Shown here piece by piece: positions 1-10,649 of a stretch of 64,000 nt of DNA. A model generated the notes under the pieces. It saw only the letters and a program-made list of their open reading frames with translations, did no database searches and was not told the origin of the DNA. The DNA is taken from assembly GCA_965223235.1 (NCBI GenBank), contig CBDCVV010000016.1:92108-156107 (forward strand), read 5' to 3'. The DNA is from Longimicrobiales bacterium (lineage in GTDB: Bacteria; Gemmatimonadota; Gemmatimonadetes; Longimicrobiales; Gaopeijiaceae). The position numbers and the translations under genes are program-made. How positions within the stretch are numbered: the stretch's first letter is position 1; each line of letters begins with the position of its first letter.

Positions 1-85
1 CGCGTCGGGTTCTCGATACGCTAGTGGACTCAGCGCGCCGTCCAGTCCTCTAGGTCATCGAATCGCAACTGTATGGGGAGGGTCG

Positions 86-1777
86 ATGCGGAGTAGCCTT
101 CGCGCCGCGGTCGGAGTCGTCATGCTCGGCTCGGTGTGGATACCAGCTGTGGTGTCCGGCCAAGAAGCGGACGTGTCCGCACTCGAGGACGGGGTCTCCG
201 AGCTAACTCGTGTGCAGCAGGAGTTGAGCCGGATCGCGACGTTGACGGAGGAAGGCGCGGATTCGACGCTCGTTGCCCTTCAGCTCTGGCTACGGTGGCA
301 AGAACACCATCGAGCCGTGCGCCGGCTGGCCGACGTGCTCAGCGCCACCGACGGTGGTGGAGAGGCCGCACGTACATCACTCCGGTCGGCGCTCTCGGAT
401 GAGCTGGGCGCCTTTCCTCCCTGGGTGGGTCGTCTCGACGGCGCGGCGACCCGACTGAGGGATGCGAGTGCCGGCAGCGCGGGCTCGGACCGGGTAGCGT
501 TGGAAGTCGACTTGAGCCGGTCCGTGGCTCGCGCAGATACGCTCATCATGTCGATCGGCGACGCGGTCGAATGGTCCGACTCCCTCGGTTTCCCGATCGG
601 CTCGGCGGGTACGCAACTTGAGACCACTCTACGCGAGCGAGCGAGGCTCACGAACGCGCTCGTAGAGGAGTCTCTCTTCCAGATCGAAGATTTTCGGGAG
701 CGACGCTCCGTCGTAGGAATCGACACGACATCTGTCGACCTGACCGTAGCTGCGATTCAGGAGCGTCTAACCACGATGAGTCGGAGTCTCGAGATCACCG
801 CCACGGAGCTCGAGCGACGCGGAGTGGACGCTTCCGCGTACAGGCAGACCGTCGTCATGGCGACCGGTGCCCTCACCCCGGAGGACCTCAATACCCAGGT
901 GATTGGTGGCTTGGTATCCGAGTGGTGGGAACGGGCGTCGTCTTGGGTGCGGGAAAACGCCGGCTCGATGTTGATGCGCCTTCTTGGCATCGTGGCAGTC
1001 ATCTTTGCCGCATCACGACTGGTCGGAGTCGCGCGCGGGTTGGCGAAGCGACTCGTGGATCGGTTCACACTAACGAGCCTGATCCAGAACCTCGTGGTAT
1101 CCGGCGTCGGAAAGCTCGTCTGGCTTGTAGCCCTGTTCGCGGTCCTCTCGCTCATGGGCTTCGATCTGGGGCCGATGTTGGCCGGTTTGGGGATCGCCGG
1201 TTTCGTGATTGGCTTCGCGCTGCAAGACACGCTGTCGAACTTCGCGGCCGGAATGATGATCATGATCTACCGGCCCTTCGATGTTGGCGACTTTGTGACG
1301 GCTGGCGGAGTCACCGGGGATGTCCAGGACCTCACGCTTGTGTCGACGCTCATTCGGACCCGAGACAATCAGCGCATCATTGTCCCGAATGCGAGCGTGT
1401 GGGGGCAGGTCATCAACAACGCGACCGCGGAGTCGATCCGGCGCGTGGATCTTGTATTCGGAGTGTCGTACTCCGACGATGTCGATCGCGCGCGGGAGGT
1501 TTTGGAGTCCGTTCTGGCGCAAGACGACTTCGTGCTCGACGATCCCGAACCCGTCGTCCGTGTGAGCAACCTGGGCGCATCTTCTGTCGACTTGGTATGC
1601 CGCCCATGGTGCCGAACCGATGACTATTGGGAGGCGTACTGGAGCGTGACCCGCGCGGTCAAGAAGAGATTCGACGCGGAGGGCATCTCCTTCCCCTTCC
1701 CGCAACGGGATGTGCATCTGTACCACGAGACGTCCATCCCTCCCCTCGATCCGTTTTCTGGAAAGCCGACTGAATGA
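86..1777 (+). CDS. mechanosensitive ion channel (MscS family) protein
   Basis: 563-aa ORF. Signal-like N-terminus, long soluble region and TM helices, then the MscS core motif FALQDTLSNFAAGMMIMIYRPFDVGDFV. GGAGGG lies before the ATG. Confidence 0.85.
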   Translation: MRSSLRAAVGVVMLGSVWIPAVVSGQEADVSALEDGVSELTRVQQELSRIATLTEEGADSTLVALQLWLRWQEHHRAVRRLADVLSATDGGGEAARTSLRSALSDELGAFPPWVGRLDGAATRLRDASAGSAGSDRVALEVDLSRSVARADTLIMSIGDAVEWSDSLGFPIGSAGTQLETTLRERARLTNALVEESLFQIEDFRERRSVVGIDTTSVDLTVAAIQERLTTMSRSLEITATELERRGVDASAYRQTVVMATGALTPEDLNTQVIGGLVSEWWERASSWVRENAGSMLMRLLGIVAVIFAASRLVGVARGLAKRLVDRFTLTSLIQNLVVSGVGKLVWLVALFAVLSLMGFDLGPMLAGLGIAGFVIGFALQDTLSNFAAGMMIMIYRPFDVGDFVTAGGVTGDVQDLTLVSTLIRTRDNQRIIVPNASVWGQVINNATAESIRRVDLVFGVSYSDDVDRAREVLESVLAQDDFVLDDPEPVVRVSNLGASSVDLVCRPWCRTDDYWEAYWSVTRAVKKRFDAEGISFPFPQRDVHLYHETSIPPLDPFSGKPTE

Positions 1778-2502
1778 GGAATCTGGTGCGTGCCTGCTTC
1801 GTCCTGCTGGCGTTGGCCGCGGCAGCGTGTGGGCCGGAGGAAGGGACCGACAAGGCTCCGGAGCCGACTGTCGAGGTCGGGCCGGAGGCTCCTTCCTCGT
1901 CGACCACAGTACTTAGGGGTTTCCTAGAGTTGGGTCCCGAGGTCCGCCGTCTCACGGTGTGCGGAGAAGAGGATCCACTTTGGGTCATCCCGATCGACGG
2001 GGTGACGCAGGCGTACGACGAACTGGCTCGGGATCCGTACGATCCGGTTTTCGTAGAGGTAGACGCGACTCTAGGACCGGCACCCGAAACTGGCTTCGGA
2101 GCGGATCATGCGGGGCTGGCGACGTTGCGCGCGCTCCGGCGAGCCGAAGCCGCTTCGGAGGGATTCGGTTGTGAGGAGGACTTGTCGTCCTTCGTCTTTA
2201 GAGCCGCCGGACAAGAGCCGTTCTGGCACCTTCGGGTGACACCGGCGGCCGTGATTCTTTCCACGCCCGATGTCCCGGAGACGGTGTTCGACCCGGCCGC
2301 GCCCGTGTTCAGAGATGGCGGGTGGGACTACGCCACGTCCGCTAGCGGCCCGGAGACGCTGACTCTGCAGCTCGAGGTCCGCCCCGGACGATGTCGCGAC
2401 TCGATGTCCGGTGCCTGGTTCTCGTGGGACGCCACCCTCCGGGTCGGCGACGAAGTACGCGTAGGGTGTGCCTGGGAGGGTGGGTTGGCCCCTAGGCAGT
2501 AG
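1774..2502 (+). CDS. hypothetical lipoprotein (COG3650-like C-terminal half)
   Basis: 242-aa ORF with an ATGA overlap onto the upstream gene. Lipobox-like LALAAAACG. The C-terminal FRAAGQEPFWHLRV...CRDSMSG pattern is recalled from COG3650-type lipoproteins. Confidence 0.5.
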   Translation: MRNLVRACFVLLALAAAACGPEEGTDKAPEPTVEVGPEAPSSSTTVLRGFLELGPEVRRLTVCGEEDPLWVIPIDGVTQAYDELARDPYDPVFVEVDATLGPAPETGFGADHAGLATLRALRRAEAASEGFGCEEDLSSFVFRAAGQEPFWHLRVTPAAVILSTPDVPETVFDPAAPVFRDGGWDYATSASGPETLTLQLEVRPGRCRDSMSGAWFSWDATLRVGDEVRVGCAWEGGLAPRQ

Positions 2503-2511
2503 CCACTGCCT

Positions 2512-4281
2512 TCAGATTCGCGCCTGAACCGTGTAGAGCTGGTGATACCTGCCTTCCTTCGCGATAAGCTCCTCGTGCTTACCACGCTCCACGATGTGTC
2601 CGTCTTCCAGAACCAGGATCAGATCGGCTCGCTGAATCGTAGACAAGCGGTGCGCGATCACGATCGTGGTTCGGTCACGAAGCAGGTCGTCCAAGCTCGC
2701 CTGGATGAGCGCTTCGCTCTCCGTGTCGAGGCTCGAGGTCGCTTCGTCGAGAAGTAAGATGCGGGGATTGGCCAGGAGTGCCCGAGCGATGGTAACGCGT
2801 TGTCGTTGCCCCCCGCTCAACTTGACTCCGCGTTCCCCGATGACCGTCTCCAAGCCGTCTGGGAAACGATCTGAGAACTCGGTGACGTACGCTTTGGCCG
2901 CTGCCTCATCCACTTCAGCGTCCGAGGCTCCAGGTCGCGCGAACCGAAGGTTCTCCCGGATCGTGCCATCGAAGAGGAAGTCCTCCTGGAAGACGAGGCC
3001 CAGCTGCTTTCGGTAGGTCGACAGTTGCACGGTACGGAGGTCGACTCCGTCGACGAGTACGCGTCCGGAGTCCGGCGTGAGGAAGGAGGCCGCGAGCCCC
3101 GCCATCGTCGACTTACCGGAGCCAGAACTTCCGACCAAGGCGACGACCATCCCGGGGGCGGCCTCGAACGACACCCCCTTCAGAACTGGCTTGTCTTCTT
3201 CATATGCAAAGCGGACATCATCGAAGATGATCGTCCCCTCAACCTCCGGCATGGTGACGGTGCGCGCGGGGTCGTCGTCTTCCCGCTTCCATGCGAGTAT
3301 CTCCGCCGTGCGATCAAGACCGGCGAACGCCTCCGTCATCTGGGTTCCGATATTCGCCATCTGAATCACCGGCGCGATCAGGTAGCCGAGAAAGAGCATG
3401 AACGCCACGAGGTCCCCCGTGGAGATGACGTCCTGGCTGACCAACCAACTCCCGTACCCCAAGACCATTACGGCCGCGGTTCCCATGAAGAGCGTTCCGA
3501 GCGCCGTGACAGCCGTCGACGTGGTGAGGGTTGTCTTCACGTTGTCGAAGATTCGTAGAACGCCGGTCAGGAAGATCTCGCCCTCCTTCTCGATGGCGTG
3601 GAACCCCTTGATCACACGAATCCCACCGAGCGCTTCGGTAAGTCGTCCCGTCACCTCCGCTCGGATCTTGCCACGCTCGCGGAACGCCGGTCGGAGGGTT
3701 TTGAACGCGCGCGTCGACACGAACCCGAAGGCCGCGAGCGGGACCAGTGCCATCGTCGTCATGACGAGGTTCGTTCCAACCAGAAACGCGAAGGCAGCGA
3801 TGGCCGTGACCGTTCCACCTACGAGCTGGACGAGACCTGTGCCGACCAGATTCCGCACCCCCTCGACGTCATCCATGATGCGGGACACGAGCTCCCCGGT
3901 CTTCGTGTTGTCGAAGACCCGAACGGGTAGCTGGAGCACGTGTTGTTGAACTTGCGCTCGAAGGTGAGCGATCAAGTTCTGGGCTTCGACGGAGAGAAGA
4001 ATCGTCAGTCCGAACGACGTCGCTGCCTGGATCATGATGGCAACGGTCACCGCCCCGAGGATCGGGTAGAGCTGCGTCGGGTCGCTCGGGGGCTGCCCTG
4101 ATCCCGGTGGCGGGAGGGCATCAACGATGTACTTCGAGGCCAGCGGGAGTGCGAGACCGGACACTCGGTTTACGAAGATCAAGAGCAGGCCGAAGCTCAG
4201 TAGCCTCTTCCGAGGCCATATGATCTCCCGGAAGGCGTGCCGGAGCGAAGAGCCCGAGATCTTTTTCGACGGTTTCGACAT
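2512..4281 (-). CDS. ABC transporter, fused permease/ATP-binding protein (ABCB/MsbA-like exporter)
   Basis: 589 aa. Six-TM N-terminal half, Walker A GSSGSGKST, ABC signature LSGGQRQRVTIARAL and Walker B ILLLDEATS. Confidence 0.9.
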   Translation of the reverse strand: MSKPSKKISGSSLRHAFREIIWPRKRLLSFGLLLIFVNRVSGLALPLASKYIVDALPPPGSGQPPSDPTQLYPILGAVTVAIMIQAATSFGLTILLSVEAQNLIAHLRAQVQQHVLQLPVRVFDNTKTGELVSRIMDDVEGVRNLVGTGLVQLVGGTVTAIAAFAFLVGTNLVMTTMALVPLAAFGFVSTRAFKTLRPAFRERGKIRAEVTGRLTEALGGIRVIKGFHAIEKEGEIFLTGVLRIFDNVKTTLTTSTAVTALGTLFMGTAAVMVLGYGSWLVSQDVISTGDLVAFMLFLGYLIAPVIQMANIGTQMTEAFAGLDRTAEILAWKREDDDPARTVTMPEVEGTIIFDDVRFAYEEDKPVLKGVSFEAAPGMVVALVGSSGSGKSTMAGLAASFLTPDSGRVLVDGVDLRTVQLSTYRKQLGLVFQEDFLFDGTIRENLRFARPGASDAEVDEAAAKAYVTEFSDRFPDGLETVIGERGVKLSGGQRQRVTIARALLANPRILLLDEATSSLDTESEALIQASLDDLLRDRTTIVIAHRLSTIQRADLILVLEDGHIVERGKHEELIAKEGRYHQLYTVQARI

Positions 4282-4451
4282 GGTCGCGGAAGATACACTA
4301 TCATTCCCACTCTGCGGACTGTGGGCCTGAGGAACGGGTGGCGTCCCCTTGGGACCTATTCTCGCCCCGTGTAGCTTTTCGCGTTCCTCCCACTGGTTCT
4401 GGCACCCGAGCGAGCTCGGGACGCGGGACGGTGAAGCCCCGAAGATGAACT

Positions 4452-6905
4452 ATGGTCCACGATGATCGGGACGGGTACGACCCGTCGGAAGTCGAAGAGA
4501 AATGGCAGCGCCTCTGGGACGAGCGGGGCACGAATACGCACACGCTGGAGGAGCTACGGGACGCAGAGGACCCGTTCTATAACTTGATGATGTTCCCGTA
4601 TCCCTCGGCTGAAGGGCTACACGTCGGGAACATCTACGCCTTTACGGGAGCCGACGCTCACGGGCGATACCAGCGTCTCTTGGGAAAAACGGTGTTCGAA
4701 CCCATGGGTTTCGACGCGTTCGGAATTCACTCCGAGAACTTTGCGCTGAAGATCGGGACCCACCCGATGGACCTGATCCCTTCGAACATCGAGAACTTCA
4801 CCCGCCAACTCCGGCGGATGGGGGGGATGTTCGATTGGCAACACGCCGTCGACACCACCGATCCCGCGTACTACAAGTGGACCCAATGGCTCTTCCTCCA
4901 ATTCTTCAATAACGGATTGGCGGAGCGGAAGGAGGCGCCGGTCAACTGGTGTCCTTCCTGCATGACCGTGCTGGCGAACGAGCAGGTGATCTCGGGTCTC
5001 TGCGAGCGCTGTGACACTCCGGTCGAACAGCGGCGGATCGCCCAGTGGTTCTTCAAGATCTCAGAATACGCGCAGCGCTTGCTCGACAACCTGAGCCACA
5101 TCGACTGGTCGCAGAAGACACTCAAACAACAGAACAACTGGATTGGTCGGAGCACCGGTGCTCAGCTGCACTTCCCGGTTGTCGATGCGAACGGAAGTGA
5201 GACGGGGGTCCGTGTCGAGGTGTACACGACTCGCCCCGATACTGTGTTCGGTGCGACGTATATCGTCCTTTCTCCGGAACATCCGCTCGTGGAGTCGGTG
5301 GTCGACGACGGATTGCGTGCACCTGTGTACGCGTACATCGACACCGCGGCGAAGAAAGACCTGGTCGCCCGCCAGAAGACGGACAAGACGAAGACTGGGG
5401 TCCCGACGGGGGGCTTCTGTCGCAACCCGGCGAATGGCGAGCTAGTACCGATCTGGGTCGCCGACTACGTCCTCATGGAGTATGGGACCGGGGCGATTAT
5501 GGCCGTGCCCGGCCACGACGAGCGCGACTTCGACTTCGCGACCCAGTTTGAGCTACCGATCGTTCGGGTCGTCGCGGGCCCCGACGACAAGGTGGATTCA
5601 CCGCTGGAGGAAGCGTACGTCGGACCGGGCTCTTTGGTGAACTCGGGCGACTTCGACGGCATCGACGTGTCGGAGTCCGTCGAGGCCGTTACGGCGTGGG
5701 CTGCCGAGCAGGGTTGGGGTGAAGCGAAGGTGAATTTCCGGTTGCACGACTGGTGCATCTCCAGGCAGCGGTATTGGGGACCACCGATCCCGGTGGTTCA
5801 CTGCGACGCGTGCGGTCCGGTCGGAGTCCCGGAGGACGAACTGCCTGTCGTGCTACCTCGGATCGATGACTTTCGGCCGGATGACTCCGGGATCAGCCCG
5901 CTTGCTCGGGTGGAGTCGTGGTACCGCACGACGTGTCCGAAGTGCGGCGCTGACGCCCGAAGGGAGACCGATGTTTCGGACACCTTCCTCGATTCGAGCT
6001 GGTACTTCCTCCGGTACCCGTCGACCGACTTCGACGATCGTCCATTTGACGAAGGACTGCTGAAGAAGTGGTTGCCGGTCGATACCTACATCGGTGGCAA
6101 CGAGCACGCCGTCTTGCATCTGCTCTACTCTCGGTTTGTGACTATGGTGCTGAAGGACCTCGGGCACCTCGACTTCGAAGAGCCGTACGATGTCTTCCGT
6201 GCCCACGGAACGATCACGCACGAAGGCTCGAAGATGTCGAAGAGCCGGGGCAACGTCGTTCTGCCGGATCCGCTGATCCGCGAATTCGGGGCCGACACCT
6301 TCCGTATGTATCTCATGTTCCTAGGGCCCTTCGAGGAAGGTGGTGACTACCAGTCGACGGGTATCCAGGGCCCATACGGCTTTCTTCACCGACTATGGAA
6401 TACGGCGTTGTCAGCCACGGACGGAGAGCCGGATGCCGACGTCACGCGAAAGCTCCATCAAACGATCGAGAAGGTGACCGAGCAGATTCCTCAGCTCGGG
6501 TACAACACGGCGATCGCGGCGCTTATGGAGTACCTGAATACAGTGCGTGCGGGAGGCCGGAGTGCTGTGCGGGCCGAGGTAGAGCCGATTGTGGTCATGG
6601 TTGCTCCCTTTGCCCCTCATATCGCGGAGGAGCTTTGGGAGAGGCTCGGTCATTCAGAGAGCATCTTTTCCGGAAGAAATTGGCCGGAATTCGATCCGGA
6701 GAAGACGATCGAATCGACGGTCGAGATCGCGATCCAAGTCAACGGAAAGTTGAGGGCTACGGTCTCGATGGCGGTCGACGCGACGGAGGAGGCGGTGGTC
6801 TCAGCGGCCAAAGCAGAAGAGAATGTCTCGAAGCATCTCGAAGGAAAGACAGAGCGACGCGTGGTCTTTGTCCCTGGCCGGCTCGTGAACTTTGTCGTCG
6901 GCTGA
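4452..6905 (+). CDS. leuS: leucine--tRNA ligase
   Basis: 817 aa. Class I HIGH-like region (PSAEGLHVGN), KMSKS motif (KMSKSRGN) and the CP1/editing region typical of bacterial LeuRS. Confidence 0.95.
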   Translation: MVHDDRDGYDPSEVEEKWQRLWDERGTNTHTLEELRDAEDPFYNLMMFPYPSAEGLHVGNIYAFTGADAHGRYQRLLGKTVFEPMGFDAFGIHSENFALKIGTHPMDLIPSNIENFTRQLRRMGGMFDWQHAVDTTDPAYYKWTQWLFLQFFNNGLAERKEAPVNWCPSCMTVLANEQVISGLCERCDTPVEQRRIAQWFFKISEYAQRLLDNLSHIDWSQKTLKQQNNWIGRSTGAQLHFPVVDANGSETGVRVEVYTTRPDTVFGATYIVLSPEHPLVESVVDDGLRAPVYAYIDTAAKKDLVARQKTDKTKTGVPTGGFCRNPANGELVPIWVADYVLMEYGTGAIMAVPGHDERDFDFATQFELPIVRVVAGPDDKVDSPLEEAYVGPGSLVNSGDFDGIDVSESVEAVTAWAAEQGWGEAKVNFRLHDWCISRQRYWGPPIPVVHCDACGPVGVPEDELPVVLPRIDDFRPDDSGISPLARVESWYRTTCPKCGADARRETDVSDTFLDSSWYFLRYPSTDFDDRPFDEGLLKKWLPVDTYIGGNEHAVLHLLYSRFVTMVLKDLGHLDFEEPYDVFRAHGTITHEGSKMSKSRGNVVLPDPLIREFGADTFRMYLMFLGPFEEGGDYQSTGIQGPYGFLHRLWNTALSATDGEPDADVTRKLHQTIEKVTEQIPQLGYNTAIAALMEYLNTVRAGGRSAVRAEVEPIVVMVAPFAPHIAEELWERLGHSESIFSGRNWPEFDPEKTIESTVEIAIQVNGKLRATVSMAVDATEEAVVSAAKAEENVSKHLEGKTERRVVFVPGRLVNFVVG

Positions 6906-6962
6906 CCCGATCGAAGGTCCGCAGCTCGGTGACTGCCTCCCAACTTCTACTCTTAGTGTGAC

Positions 6963-8996
6963 ATGAATTCCACGCAGAAGCTGGCAATCGACGCCATCCG
7001 CGTTCTATCGATGGACGCTGTTCAGAAAGCGAACTCTGGCCATCCGGGTACTCCGATGGCGTTGGCGCCGGTCGGCTACGCGCTTTTTCACGGGCAGTTG
7101 CGGCATAACCCACGGGATCCCGGCTGGGTGAACCGTGATCGCTTCATTCTCTCCGTCGGGCATGCGTCGATGCTCATCTACTCACTACTCCACCTCAGTG
7201 GGTACGACGTGAGCGAGGAGGACATTCGCAACTTCCGCCAATGGGGCTCTCCGACTGCCGGGCATCCCGAGTTCGGGCATGTGCCGGGTGTGGAGATGAC
7301 CACAGGTCCGTTAGGGCAGGGGGTCGCTACGTCTGTCGGGTTCGCGCTCGCCGAGCGCTGGCTTGCCCGTCGGTTCAATCGGCCCGGCCACGAGATCGTG
7401 GACCACCACACCATCGCGCTTTGCTCCGATGGCGACGTGATGGAGGGTGTGTCTCATGAGGCGGCTGCCATCGCGGGTCATCAGGGGCTCGGAAAGCTCA
7501 TCTGGATCTTCGATGACAACCGTATCACGATCGAAGGAGGTACGGACCTCTCGACCTCCACGGACCAGGGGGCTCGTTTCGAGGCTTATGGGTGGCACGT
7601 CGTGCGCGTCGACGATGGGAACGACGTCGCCGCGATTGAACGAGCGATCACCGAAGCGAAGGCCGAGCGCGTTCGTCCGACGCTGATCGTCCTCAGGACG
7701 ACGATCGCGTACGGGAGTCCCGGCAAAGCGGGTACCTCGGCCTCGCACGGTGCCCCGCTCGGTGAAGACGAGATCGAGGCCACCAAGAAGAATTTGGGAT
7801 ACCCGTCGCTCGAGCCCTTCTACGTCGACCCTGCGGCGCGTGACCATTGGAAGGAGACCGTGGCCCGGGGTGAGACAGCGCAGTCCGAGTGGAACGACAC
7901 TTTCCAGGCTTATTCCGCCGCACACCCGAGTCTGGCTGCAGAATTTCTGCAGATGGTCTCAGGAGCCCTCCCGGAGGGTTGGGATGCGGACCTTCCGACC
8001 TTCGCCGATGCCGAGGGGCCGGATGCGACTCGGGGGTGGTCTGGCAAGGTGATCCAAGGGATCGCTGCTCGTGTGCCGAACCTCGTCGGTGGCTCTGCTG
8101 ACTTGGGCGGATCGAACAAGACGGACATCAAAGGAGCGGAGAGCCTTCTCCAAGGGAGCCCGGATGGTCGCGTCGTCCACTACGGCGTCCGGGAGCACGC
8201 CATGGGGGCGATCATGAACGGGATGACGCTTCATGGTGGCCTCCGACCGTACGGTGGGACCTTCCTCATCTTCTCCGACTACATGCGGCCCGCGATCCGG
8301 CTGGCCGGCCTCATGGGGCAACCGGTCGTCTACGTCTTCACCCACGACTCGATCGGCCTCGGAGAGGATGGACCCACGCACCAGCCGATCGAGCAGCTCG
8401 CGACTCTTCGTGCGATCCCTAATGTCTTGGACCTCCGGCCCGCCGACGGTCCGGAGACCGCTGAAGCGTGGCGCGTCGCCATGGAGAGGAGTAGCGGCCC
8501 GTCCTTCCTCGCGCTGAGTCGCCAGAAGGTACCGCTGCTCGACCGCACGAACGGCGACGATGATCACCTGGTTGCCTCGGCGACCGGCCTTCGGAATGGA
8601 GCCTACATCCTAGTAGAGGCCGACGGCGGAGATCCGGAGTGCATCTTGATCGCGAGCGGGACCGAGGTCGGCCTGGCCCTCGAGGCAAGGAACGTCCTCC
8701 AGGAGGCGGGCACCGCGACACGCGTCGTGAGCATGCCGAGTTGGAAGCTCTTCGAAGAGCAGACCGCTGCGTACCGAGATTCGATCCTTCCCCCCTCTGT
8801 TTCTTCGCGAGTTGCGATCGAAGCTGGGAGCACCTTCGGGTGGCGCCGCTGGGTCGGTGACCGTGGTCGGTGCGTCGGGTTGGACTCTTTCGGGGCCTCT
8901 GCACCAGCGGAGGTCCTCTTCGAGAAGTTCGGGTTCACGACAGAAGCCGTCGTTTCGGCCGCCCGCGAGTCGCTTGCGGAGGCTCCCGCTTCGTAA
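6963..8996 (+). CDS. tkt: transketolase
   Basis: 677 aa. N-terminal [26 protein letters not shown] plus the GDGDVMEG-like ThDP motif ([13 protein letters not shown]), diagnostic of transketolase. Confidence 0.95.
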   Translation: MNSTQKLAIDAIRVLSMDAVQKANSGHPGTPMALAPVGYALFHGQLRHNPRDPGWVNRDRFILSVGHASMLIYSLLHLSGYDVSEEDIRNFRQWGSPTAGHPEFGHVPGVEMTTGPLGQGVATSVGFALAERWLARRFNRPGHEIVDHHTIALCSDGDVMEGVSHEAAAIAGHQGLGKLIWIFDDNRITIEGGTDLSTSTDQGARFEAYGWHVVRVDDGNDVAAIERAITEAKAERVRPTLIVLRTTIAYGSPGKAGTSASHGAPLGEDEIEATKKNLGYPSLEPFYVDPAARDHWKETVARGETAQSEWNDTFQAYSAAHPSLAAEFLQMVSGALPEGWDADLPTFADAEGPDATRGWSGKVIQGIAARVPNLVGGSADLGGSNKTDIKGAESLLQGSPDGRVVHYGVREHAMGAIMNGMTLHGGLRPYGGTFLIFSDYMRPAIRLAGLMGQPVVYVFTHDSIGLGEDGPTHQPIEQLATLRAIPNVLDLRPADGPETAEAWRVAMERSSGPSFLALSRQKVPLLDRTNGDDDHLVASATGLRNGAYILVEADGGDPECILIASGTEVGLALEARNVLQEAGTATRVVSMPSWKLFEEQTAAYRDSILPPSVSSRVAIEAGSTFGWRRWVGDRGRCVGLDSFGASAPAEVLFEKFGFTTEAVVSAARESLAEAPAS

Positions 8997-9026
8997 CCAA
9001 GAGGTGACCGCGACGTAGGAGTTCGC

Positions 9027-9758
9027 GTGAAGCCAGGACTCCGTGTTGCCGTTTTCGCCGGTCTTACTTGGGTCGGTCTGCACCCGAGTGTCGGGTATGC
9101 GCAGACGATTCAGGGCAGAGTCGTGGAGCGGGGGAGCGAGGAGGGGATCCCTTCGACACTCGTCCGACTCGTTTCCGACGCGGGGGAGGATCATTCGATC
9201 ACAGCCGCGGACTCTTCCGGTTTCTATGAACTCCGTGCTCCCCAGCCCGGAACGTTCCGTATCGTCGCCGAGCGCATCGGCTTCGACGACTTCGAGACCC
9301 CTTTACTCTCCGTCGAGAACCCCGACGGCGTGTATCCGGTCGACCTCCTCATGGACCGATCACCGGTCCCGATTCGTGGACTCGAGGTCACGGCAGAGCA
9401 AGTCGACCAACGTCTCAAGTCGATGACCGGGATCGACCCCACATCGATGAGGTGGCGACCTCTCACGCGGCAGGATCTCATCGGGCACGCGGAGCGAGCG
9501 CACGACCTCACCTCTTTAATGCGTTGGAGGAGCTTCGCGGCGATCGAGGTGATCGTGTACGACGACGGCCCCTGTTACCTGATGCGGAGGTACCGACTGT
9601 GCCTGCCCGTCTACCTCAACGGTTTCCGCCTCTCGGCCGACCTGTACGACATCGTCCCACTCGACATGCTACAGGCCGCCGTTGTGATCTCCCCCACCGA
9701 GTCGACGATCTACCCGGAGGGCGGGGTGCTCCTCTTCACCGACGGTTGGATTCGGTGA
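9027..9758 (+). CDS. secreted CarboxypepD_reg-like domain protein with plug-like C-terminus
   Basis: 243 aa with a signal peptide. GRVVERGSEEGIPSTLVRLVS...GFYEL is the carboxypeptidase-regulatory-like fold pattern. The C-terminal VYLNG...PLDMLQAAVVI resembles a TonB-receptor plug segment. Confidence 0.6.
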   Translation: MKPGLRVAVFAGLTWVGLHPSVGYAQTIQGRVVERGSEEGIPSTLVRLVSDAGEDHSITAADSSGFYELRAPQPGTFRIVAERIGFDDFETPLLSVENPDGVYPVDLLMDRSPVPIRGLEVTAEQVDQRLKSMTGIDPTSMRWRPLTRQDLIGHAERAHDLTSLMRWRSFAAIEVIVYDDGPCYLMRRYRLCLPVYLNGFRLSADLYDIVPLDMLQAAVVISPTESTIYPEGGVLLFTDGWIR

Positions 9759-9766
9759 GGCGGGGC

Positions 9767-10540
9767 GTGAACTCTCGGTGCGAACGCCGCGACCGGACCC
9801 TGTTGAGGCTTGCCGGCGTTCCCGTCGCTCTCTGCTGCGCGCTCGTGGCGCTGCCCGGAAGTGTTGTCGCCCAAACCTTCGAAGGGCGTGTGCTCGAGCA
9901 GCGTGGTGAACGGCCGGTGAGCACGGCGCTCGTGCGACTCCTAGACGACGAGGGTGGGGAGGTGGCTCTCTCGATCGCGGACTCGGCCGGGTTCTACAGA
10001 GTCTCCGCCGGTGCGCCCGGCGTGTATCGTCTCGAGGCCGCTCGGCTCGGATTCCATCGCGTGGAGAGCCCGCTGCTCGAGGCTGGGTCTGAGGATGGCG
10101 TGTACCCCATCGACCTCCTCATGACCGCCGCACCCGTCGAGTTACCCGGCTTCACGGTTCTTACGAACAGGGTCCCGGACGAGGTCGCCGATCGGCAGAT
10201 CCAGCTGATGACCGGGTTGAGCCCGCGGTCATTGCGAGTCGAGCCCATCCGCTATGAGCGTCTCCTCGACCACGCAGAACGAGGACATGACCTCGAAGCG
10301 ATGATGCGGTGGACGAACGAAGCTGGAATCGTGACACGGTCCACCACCGATGGACCCTGCTTTCAGGTACGTGGCCGGAGCTGTCTGCCGGTGTACTTGA
10401 ACGGTGCGGCCATCAGTCTCGAGATCGTGAGCGTGATTCCACTCGACATGCTACACACCGCGGTCATCCTCTACCCGAACGAATCTGCAGTGTACAATGC
10501 AGGAGCGATCCTCCTCTATACGGAGGGGTGGGTTCGGTAG
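9767..10540 (+). CDS. paralog of the 9027-9758 protein (CarboxypepD_reg-like, secreted)
   Basis: The GTG at 9767 gives a signal peptide (LLRLAGVPVALCCALVALPGSVVAQ). It is collinear with the upstream gene over its full length (GFY, DGVYP.DLLM, CLPVYLNG, PLDML). The longer ORF from 9452 overlaps the upstream gene. Confidence 0.6.
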   Translation: MNSRCERRDRTLLRLAGVPVALCCALVALPGSVVAQTFEGRVLEQRGERPVSTALVRLLDDEGGEVALSIADSAGFYRVSAGAPGVYRLEAARLGFHRVESPLLEAGSEDGVYPIDLLMTAAPVELPGFTVLTNRVPDEVADRQIQLMTGLSPRSLRVEPIRYERLLDHAERGHDLEAMMRWTNEAGIVTRSTTDGPCFQVRGRSCLPVYLNGAAISLEIVSVIPLDMLHTAVILYPNESAVYNAGAILLYTEGWVR

Positions 10541-10649
10541 AGCCCCCCGGTTGCGGGCAGTATCAAAGCGAAGAGGCCACGCTTGCCCCAGGGGTTGGAA
10601 CGGTCGTACGCTGCGCCCATGACGCTCCTCCCCCCCTAAGGAGTACTTC

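Noticed and set aside
4282-4451. Possible leader or riboswitch (for example a T-box) upstream of leuS; I also looked upstream of thrC.
   Set aside because: No specifier or antiterminator architecture and no conserved T-box sequence could be recognised by eye. This is probably just a divergent promoter region.
9452-9766. Upstream extension of the second CarboxypepD_reg paralog ORF.
   Set aside because: It overlaps the first paralog in another frame. The GTG at 9767 yields a proper signal peptide and matches the paralog's N-terminus.
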